Positions 55,340 through 64,000 of a stretch of DNA of 64,000 nt are shown piece after piece; within the stretch, counting starts at the first letter, position 1, and every line of letters starts with the position of its first letter. The DNA is taken from contig CM022665.1 of NCBI GenBank assembly GCA_012295275.1, forward strand, positions 40,300,001-40,364,000, given 5' to 3'. The notes under the pieces are model-generated. The model was not told the DNA's origin. It was given only the letters and a program-made list of their open reading frames with translations, and did not search any database. The translations under genes were made by a program, and so were the position numbers. The stretch is from Chrysomallon squamiferum. Lineage: Eukaryota; Animalia; Mollusca.

Positions 55340-56296
55340 CAGGCGATAAATTAACAAGTTACGTCATCAGTCAGAAACGTGAAACCAAATCAACCAGTAA
55401 ACAAAACTCAGCCAACTATATCAGTGTATAATCAACCAACCAAACAAAAAATCAAACAACAAATTGCTATCCAGCTAATAAATTAATCAGTTAATCGATC
55501 AAAAGAACCAACCAATCTGTAACTGAGTTACGTGGAAATAAAAAAACGTGTGGATAAATAAATAAATAAAATAAAATAAACATAAATTAAATTAAATTAA
55601 ATTTGTTTTTAAAAATTAAAAAGAAACAAACAAAAAAACCCAAAAACTATAAAAATAGGAAGCTAAAGAAAAAATAAAAGACAAAGAAAAGCTTAATTGA
55701 AAATTCACGAAGGAAAAAGGACAAATAACAGGAAAAAAAACATGTTTATCTGGGCTTTTTTTTTTTTTTAATGTTCACTGGAATGTCGATGGAAATGAAA
55801 TATTTCAAATGCTGGCGTTTTCATCTGGTGTGAAACATGAAATCAATACTGTTTAAGTAATAACACGATTAAACGCAAATCGGTACGATTCACATTAATA
55901 ATACAGTGCATTTACTTCTAGCATTTCTTATTCGTTCAATTCAAACAAAAATAATTCATACCATAGCATTTAGTCTGTGGGGAAATATAATTATTATCGT
56001 AAATGTTTTATTAGTCGCAATTTGTAATGGTCGCAATTTTTATTTTTTTTTATTTTATTTATTTTATATTTTTTTTTTTTTTTTTTTGTCCACGTTCATT
56101 TTTTTGTGACCCATTCATCATTTTTGACCGAAGTATGTCAAAAAAATGTATACAGACGTCTAGGACAAAGTAACTAACGCAAATCTAAATGGTTGCCATA
56201 AAAACAGGTGTTTACGATGTAAGGCTTATGCAAGATGATTATTTATTGCGAAATAAAACAGTTTTACTGGGGAAAAAAAAAAAAAAAATAAAAAAT

Positions 56297-56495
56297 AAAA
56301 TCTCGCATTTGACGTCAAACATATTAATTTCATGATTTACGCCATTTGGTCCGGCGTGATATCTTTCCAATCATCTTTTTTTTTTTACGTTTTTATTTTT
56401 ATTTTTTTTTTTTTTTTTTTTTTTTTTTTCCCATGCTCTTCTAACAAATGGCGTAATTCATGAAATTAATATGTGTGACGTCCATGCGAGATTTT
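56297..56495. repeat. ~50-bp inverted repeat with ~95-bp spacer (hairpin or MITE-like)
   Basis: aaaatctcgcatttgacgtcaaacatattaatttcatgatttacgccatttg (56297-56348) versus caaatggcgtaattcatgaaattaatatgtgtgacgtccatgcgagatttt (56445-56495); A- and T-runs extend the arms. Confidence 0.88.
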
Positions 56496-56506
56496 TTTTT
56501 TATTTT

Positions 56507-56540
<34 letters not shown>

Positions 56541-57614
56541 TTTAATGAAATGCCATCACACACTACAGCGACATAAATAGAACCGTTATCAAAGCAGACG
56601 ACACCTGGCACTGCGTCCGCACTGTGTTACGTTACAGTCGAGCAACTTCCTTTGGTACATTCTTCGGTGGTGACGACATCACCGTGAATCATATCCAGAC
56701 CCACAGTCATCGTCCGTATCATTTATCTGAACCATTCTTTACCTTAGACGTTACTTCAGTGTTTGACAACACACGCAGATACCGTAAGGACATTTTGTTT
56801 CTTTTATTGTCACAACAATCACCCTTGAAATAAAAAAAAAAAAAAAAAAAAAATGTGTTTTAGCGTTTGGTAGCTTGAGTAATAGATATTATGAGTTCAG
56901 CTATGAGTGTGCCCACTTAGGTGAACTGAAAATGAATTTACGGGTAGAATGGGGTGGGGTTTTTTTGGGGGTTTAAAAAGAGGTAAATACTACTAATTAT
57001 TTATAAGTTCTTTTTAAATAAACCTTCTCAGCGTATTTTTCTTGGATTTATTTATTTAATTATTTATATTTTTTTTTTTTAATTTTTTTTTTTTTTTTTA
57101 TTTTTTAGTTTGTTTTTGTTTGTTTGTTTGTTTGTTTGTTTGTTTGTCTGTTTTGTTTTGTTTTACTTTTTATTTTGTACTAAATTACTTATTCTTCGAA
57201 CACAGAACAGAAATTTCTTTATGGATCTTTCACCAAAAAAATAATTAAAACATTTTAAAAATTAAAATAAATAAATAAATAAATAAATAAATAAAATAAT
57301 AATAATAAAATAATAATAACAACAACAACAACAACAACAACAATAGTAAATCCCCATTTCGAGGTATTTAAGGGGTCTCGCCCTATTCACCCAGACGTTA
57401 CACTGAGTCAGCAGCCTGTTTTCTGAGCTCTGTACAACGTCACTCGATCCACGCCACATTTTCACGTAACTCGACAACTGTCGTATCTCAACAAACAGAC
57501 AAAACTCGGTTCACCACACTTGCCATTTCCGGGTTGCAAGTCTTATCTACAGCTGTCTGTTCAGTGTTTTCCGTCGAATAAAATAAATAAAACAGAAAAT
57601 ATGCATGAAAAATG

Positions 57615-57645
<31 letters not shown>

Positions 57646-57693
57646 AATAATAAATAATAATTTTAGATTTTTTTTTTTTTTTTTAATGAATTT

Positions 57694-57725
<32 letters not shown>

Positions 57726-58282
57726 TGTATGTATGTATATATGTATTTATGTATGTAAAACAAAAGTTTTCTCATTTGTTTTGGTTATTTATAATTGTTG
57801 CTGTTTTGTTTCCTGGGGTGCTTTTATGTGAAAGGAAGTTTGTTTTGTTTTTTATTATTATTATTATTATTTTTTTATTTTTTTATTTTTTTTTGTACAC
57901 ATGTGATTGAAGCCAACCAGAGTTGGTCGTTATTGATAAAGAAAGTTACAAGATTTAAAAAAAAAAAAAAAAAAAAAAAAATCAAATTTTGGCGAAATTG
58001 TCAATAGACCACGATTTTCATATCTATTTATTATTTATTTTATGTTTTTTGGTTTGCTTTTTTTATCTGATTTTTCTGATACTTTTTTTTTTTTTTTTTT
58101 TCTTTCCTTGCTATTTTTAAATCTGCTTTCTTAAATCTATCTTTTTTTCCTTCTTTCTTTCACCTTCTTTCCTTCTTTTTTATTCTTTCTTTCCTTGTCC
58201 TTTTTCTTTCTTTCTTTCTTTTATTTTAGCTTCTTTTTTAAATTTAATTTTTCTTTCTTTCTGTTTCTTACTATTTAACCTT

Positions 58283-58320
<38 letters not shown>

Positions 58321-59193
58321 GTTCTATAACCCTACCACTTTCTTTTTCCTTTCTTTCCTTTTATTTCTTTTATTACTTTTATACATATAATAAACAATTC
58401 ATAATTTTCTTTTGTTTGGTCTGCACTGACACTTAAAACGAACTGATAATGCACGTATCCGATAAACTACATTTTCGATCCTAAGATTTACCGTGACACA
58501 CGTTCAATATAGGTAAGTACGTAAATTTTGTCTTAGCACCTGTTACGGTTATTTTCGAAATATATACAGTGATATACTTCGTGAGTGTACAGGTGTTGGA
58601 CAGATGTATATTTAATAAATAATTATATAACGGTACACTTCGCAAAAATTGACCCAGTTCTGACTCAGTGCGTTATTTATCGTTAATATTTGTGTCTTAT
58701 ATAATCCAGCTTAGGAGCGTGCTTTTATAAATTGTTCTTTGTGTGTGTGTGTGTGCTTGTGTGTGTGTGTGTGTGTCTGTGTGTGTGTGTCTATGTGTGT
58801 GAGTGTGTGTGTGTGTGTGTGTATGCGTGTGTGTGTGTTTAATCTGAAAGACATAATAAATAATTTTTCTCTCTGAATATAAAAAAATAACGAGGCTTTT
58901 TTTTATGTTTGTTTATTCTACTGTTATTTGGCTCGTGTGCTGTTCCTCCAGAAACGTGTCAGATTACATAACGGTAATGAACAAGTCACGTATTAATAAT
59001 TACTGTTAATTTACCTACATTTAGCTTTCTGACCTATTTGGATGTTTCTCAGAGAGAGAAAAAAAAGAAAAAAAAAAAGGAAAAAAAAAAAAGAAAGAAA
59101 AAAAAGAAACATTATTCACAGTCTGTTTGCCAAGACAAATTTCACGGATTACTTTGTTAATATTATGTTCCTGGTTTTTAATGTAGATGTATG

Positions 59194-59227
<34 letters not shown>

Positions 59228-59537
59228 GTTCCTGGTTTTTAATGTACGGTGTATATGTGTGTGTGCGTGTGTATGTGAGACTGTATTAATAATGCATGTG
59301 ATTATATATACGTAAGTCGGTACATGCGTACGTATCTATTATCTATTTACTGTGACGACAATTAAAATGATCATGATATCAAGATCATTATGGGGTAAAG
59401 ATTATTATAATGATTATGCTGTTGATGATGATGATGAATGATCATTATTCTGAAAATGGTTATACTGACAATGGCGATGACGATAATCCAAATTAAAAAA
59501 AAAAAAAAGCCTCTTTAAAAAAAAACTATGACATCTA

Positions 59538-59623
<86 letters not shown>

Positions 59624-60206
59624 GAAGATACGTATATGAGGTTCGTAGCTATCATTTTTTCATTATACACACACACACACACACACACACGTACACACAC
59701 ACTCTCACATTACCTAGTCACAAATCTATACAAAAAAATCCACTACAATTCATCCAACACAAGTCTAAACATTACCACAAAACAAAACATTACAATAACA
59801 GTTTAACAGAACCGTTACTTATTGCAATTAATTTTCAACAAACCGATTCTTCTGAAAAGCTTAAACCAGGTAAATATTATTGTAATTTTCTTTCAGTATC
59901 TTTTTTTTTTTTTTTTTTTTTTTTTAATTTCTGTCTCTCTCCCAGAACAGAAATAAAGCCAGTCGACCATAAACAAACACGCGAATAACAGCGAAGTGTC
60001 AATTCACCTGAAAACAAATAGAGTTCAAGCGATAATAAAAAAAAAGTTCCATTATAGCGACACTTTGCTTTAATGTAAAATATGTAACAGTCTTGAACCC
60101 GCTGTGTTCACCGCCAGGCTTCTTTCATAACAGTACAGATAAACTCAGCACATTACGTGCACAAATCACGTCTGTTATTTTTATGTATTTATTATTTTTA
60201 ATTCTT

Positions 60207-60241
<35 letters not shown>

Positions 60242-60259
60242 CTTTGGAATGATGATGAT

Positions 60260-60429
60260 AGTAGTAGTAGTAGTAGTAATAGTAACAATCAGTAGTAGTA
60301 ATAAAAGTAACAGTAGTAGTAGTAATAGTAGTAGTAGTAGTAGTAGTAATAATAAAAAACAGTAGTAGTAGTAGTAGTAGTAGTAGTAATAATGGTAACG
60401 ATCATGGTAGCAGTAATAATAAAAGTAAC

Positions 60430-60463
<34 letters not shown>

Positions 60464-60763
60464 ATAATAGTAATAATAGTAATAATCATGGTAACAATAA
60501 TCATAAAAATAAAGTGGATGTAGTTTTCTTAGTAGTAGTAGTAATAGTAACAATCATGGTGATGGTAATAATAAAAGTAACAGTAGTAGTAGTAGTAGTA
60601 GTAGTAGTAGTTATTGTTAGCAATATATGATTTTTATTTATATATATTAATTATTATTATTGTTATTGTTGTTATTACTATTACTATTATTATTATTATT
60701 ATTTATTATTATTATTATTATTTATTGTCATTATTATTACTATTGTCATTATTATTACTATTG

Positions 60764-60815
<52 letters not shown>
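60260..60815. repeat. Compound (GTA)n/(TAT)n tract with recurring aataaaagtaacagtag unit
   Basis: Unit seen at about 60300, 60351 (variant), 60417 and 60569. Confidence 0.8.
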
Positions 60816-61432
60816 TCTAAACACACAGATATCTCTCCCATTCCGTCTGTGAATAAATAAATAAATAAGACGCTCTGTGTATTTAACCCACTTGGACATC
60901 AATCAGGCGAGCAATTTACTACCTGGTCTATCACCGGCTCATTCTAGTTCCCATCCCGTTATTCCCGCTGACATTAATCACGTGTTTCTGTCTGCTTTTA
61001 GCATTTGTACCGTTATCTTTTGAACGCTACAGCAATTAAGCTTCATTTGTATCATGATGAACGTCCTATAGCGGCCAAAACAAATTACCGAAGCCGTTCG
61101 TTACAAGTTAATTTTTACTGGCACGGAGCTATTTGTTTGGATTCTTGATGGGCCTTTGGTTGATGGTGTGGTATGTTAAGGTACAGGTAGTTAAGGTACG
61201 CTGGAGCCCACAGAACGTGTGTTTCTTTACGGTAATAAGGCAACGTACGAAGAGGAATGGTGCTTTAATTGTTGTGTAATGTGTTAAAATACAGTTTCAT
61301 AACAAGTCGTTATATATGTGTGTGTGTGTGGTGTGTGGTGTGTGTGGGGTTAGTGGTACGTATTTGACCGTAAGATGCGGTAGTGTGTTATGCATGGTAC
61401 GACGTGACGTGGTATGATATGATATGGTATGG

Positions 61433-61509
<77 letters not shown>

Positions 61510-61879
61510 GTTTATGGCTATAGAGAAAGAGAGAGAGAGATGCTTTTATGCAACCAGTACATTAGTTTTTAACGTAACAGTTCCGATGACATGTAAAACG
61601 TAGCGTCACTCATATGAGATGGAAAGATACATTTACGAGATTCATAACTATACTTTTTTTCCTTATACATCTATATATACTCACACACACACATACACAC
61701 ACATACATATAAACATACACACACACATTTACATACACACACACACATACATACATATAAACATACACACACACATTTACATACACACACACACACACAC
61801 ACACACATACATATTTGCTTTCTCTTTACCAAGAGGAATTAGCAGCACAGAATTTATCAGTCAACATGTTGACAAGCTG

Positions 61880-61938
61880 AAGAAAGACTTAACGTGTATT
61901 CTTTCTTTTTATTTTTTTATTTATTTATTTATTTATTA

Positions 61939-61994
<56 letters not shown>

Positions 61995-62525
61995 TGTATT
62001 TTCTTTTTTTTTATTTTTTTTCAAAATCCTTGACGAATGACTTAACGTGTATTCTTTCTTTTTATTTAATTATTATTATTATTATTATATTTATTATTAT
62101 TAGTATTATTATTATTATTTGTATTTACTTTTCTTTTCTTTTCTTTTTTTTTCCCTAAATACTTGAGGAATGACTTAACGTGTATTCTTTCTTTTTATTT
62201 ATTCATTAATTTTTATTATTATTATTTGTATTTTCTTTTTTTTTTCTTTTTTTTGTTGTTTTTTTTTTTCAAAATCCTTGACGAAAGACTTAACGTGTAT
62301 TCTTTCTTTTGATTGATTTATTTATTTATTTATTTATTATTATTATTATTTGTATTTTCTTCTTTTTTTTTTTTCTTTTTTTTTTTCCCTGAAAATCCTT
62401 GACGTGTATCCTTTCTTTTTTAAATTATTATTATTTTTAATTTGTATTTATTTATTTTTATTTATTTATTTTTTTATTTATTTATTTATTTTTTTATTTA
62501 TTTAATTTTTCCAAATACTTGACCT
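61880..62525 (+). repeat. Tandem repeat, about 6 units of 115-150 bp with variable AT microsatellite cores
   Basis: Anchor aaat(c/a)cttgacgaa(t/a)gacttaacgtgtattctttcttttt at about 61885, 62024, 62157, 62271, 62392 (partial) and 62513 (partial). Confidence 0.88.
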
Positions 62526-62675
62526 CGGCTGACTTCAGGACTAATCTGCATTCACAACGTACAGCTCTTGATCACGGCTCTGATTGTCCTTGAGGCTCTT
62601 GCCAACAAGCCACGAGCTCGTTACGTAAACAATTTGCAACACCTGTCTCTCTTCACAGAGAGCGCTTACAGAAGT

Positions 62676-62852
62676 TTATATTACTCTGGCAATTTTAATG
62701 GCCCCGGGGGTGGGGGTGGAGGGGGGTCGAAGCTCGGGGTCGAGTCTGATGAGGCGTGCTTTAACAGTGGCCTGATTTATGGGCTCGGTCTGGTGTTGTT
62801 GGGTAACAAGTTTAACAGACAGAGAGGAAAACAGTTTACGATTTTTCGTTGC
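62676..62852 (-). CDS. Candidate terminal coding exon of an unidentified gene entering from the right
   Basis: Possible acceptor cattcacactgcag at 62854-62853. The phase-0 frame is open for 58 codons (ATKNRKLFSSLSVKLVTQQHQTEPINQATVKARLIRLDPELRPPSTPTPGAIKIARVI*) while the other two frames close early; GC-rich island. No recognisable domain, weak pyrimidine tract. Confidence 0.3.
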   Translation of the reverse strand, partial: ATKNRKLFSSLSVKLVTQQHQTEPINQATVKARLIRLDPELRPPSTPTPGAIKIARVI

Positions 62853-64000
62853 CTGCAGTGTGAATGTTTCAACACACAAAGATATTTGTTTGTGACTTCG
62901 TTTGACTTTTTAAATAACATCTGCTACGATATTGAGAGTATTAAGACATGTGTATGTATGTATGTATGTCTGAAAATTTGTATGTATGTGTACACACATC
63001 TATGTGTATACATGCATACATATATATATATATACACGTGTGTGGGTGTGGGTGTATATATATATAGGCTACATATATTTATATATATATATACACACAC
63101 ATGTAAGTATGTATGTATATATGTATATATATATATATATGTTTGTATATACACACATACATACATTCATACATACATACATACATACATACACACTACA
63201 CACATGATGATGATGATAATGGAGATGAAATACTGATGATGAAAATACACAAGTAAATAGATAACAATAGCAAATACATTTTAAATCTGTGTAGTTTTAG
63301 CTTACACCACTTGTAACGTACATTTCTTTATCAATTTATATGTATATATATATATTATTTATCAAACTTCCCGTTAAAGTGATAAACACATTTACATACC
63401 GCGTAATATCTACATTGTTACGGACAATATGTATTTCAGTGAAATGAATTAATTTCAACGTCGCATTCTTGTGATAATATTAATACGCCCACGGTGGTAT
63501 TTGTTACTGGCGGTGACCTCATTTGACCTTAGTTAACCTCTCGCGACCTCTTTTGCAAATGAACAATCTATACATCTGTTTCCAATTATATCGCGATCTT
63601 TTTGTTTCGTTTCATCTGTTGGTGCTAATGTATATTTCATCTACTACTGGAAAAAAAAAAAAAAAGTAAATTAACCCGTTTGAGTGATGCTATTGGCAAC
63701 CGAGAAATGTTGATTTCAGTTTTAGAAAAGCGATCCGGTTAGTAAGTTTTATGATCATGACTAGTTAGTGTAAGAGATATCGGCAATTGTGAAATTAACA
63801 CGTGATCTGTGAAATAACAATGCATCTAATAGAAACAAAAGTTTGTCAGAAGCAACAGAACAAAGTAAGACAGTCAGTCCACTGTTTGTGAAATGTATTT
63901 TCACAATACGTTGTTGTAAGTGATACTGTTGTTATTATAATCATCATTTTAATTAACCTCTCTTCGTTGTGTTTATTTTTGTTGGTGAAGTGTACGCCAG

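Noticed and set aside
62568-63236. 222-aa plus-strand ORF with a poly-Gly stretch
   Set aside because: Non-ATG start, the second half is microsatellite, and the first half is better explained as antisense to the minus-strand exon candidate.

Overview
AT-rich, microsatellite-saturated animal genomic DNA. It is probably from a mollusc/gastropod, judged only from recalled similarity of SINE fragments. Two protein-coding loci are well supported, both on the minus strand. The first is a spliced ATF3/JDP2/Fos-family bZIP gene with coding exons 12646-12449, 11670-11563 and 10678-9878 (368 aa), a 108-nt basic-region exon and a long Q/H/acidic C-terminal extension. The second is an intronless 163-aa pogo/Tigger (TIGD/CENP-B-like) ORF at 25042-24551 that keeps only the two DNA-binding HTH domains; a frameshifted, stop-containing relic of the DDE domain lies directly behind it. 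Weaker candidates are a TATA/NF-kB/STAT-type promoter with an ATG-only first exon at the left edge, an ETS-rich promoter with a micro-exon near 30-31 kb, and an orphan terminal exon near 62.7 kb. The rest is simple repeats, minisatellites, SINE relics, hAT- and pogo-like MITEs (one nested pair) and local duplications. Almost all ORFs in the supplied track are microsatellite artefacts. I see no clearly novel multi-gene system. The best lead is the possibly domesticated, DNA-binding-only pogo gene with a kB-site promoter next to a stress-response bZIP gene.
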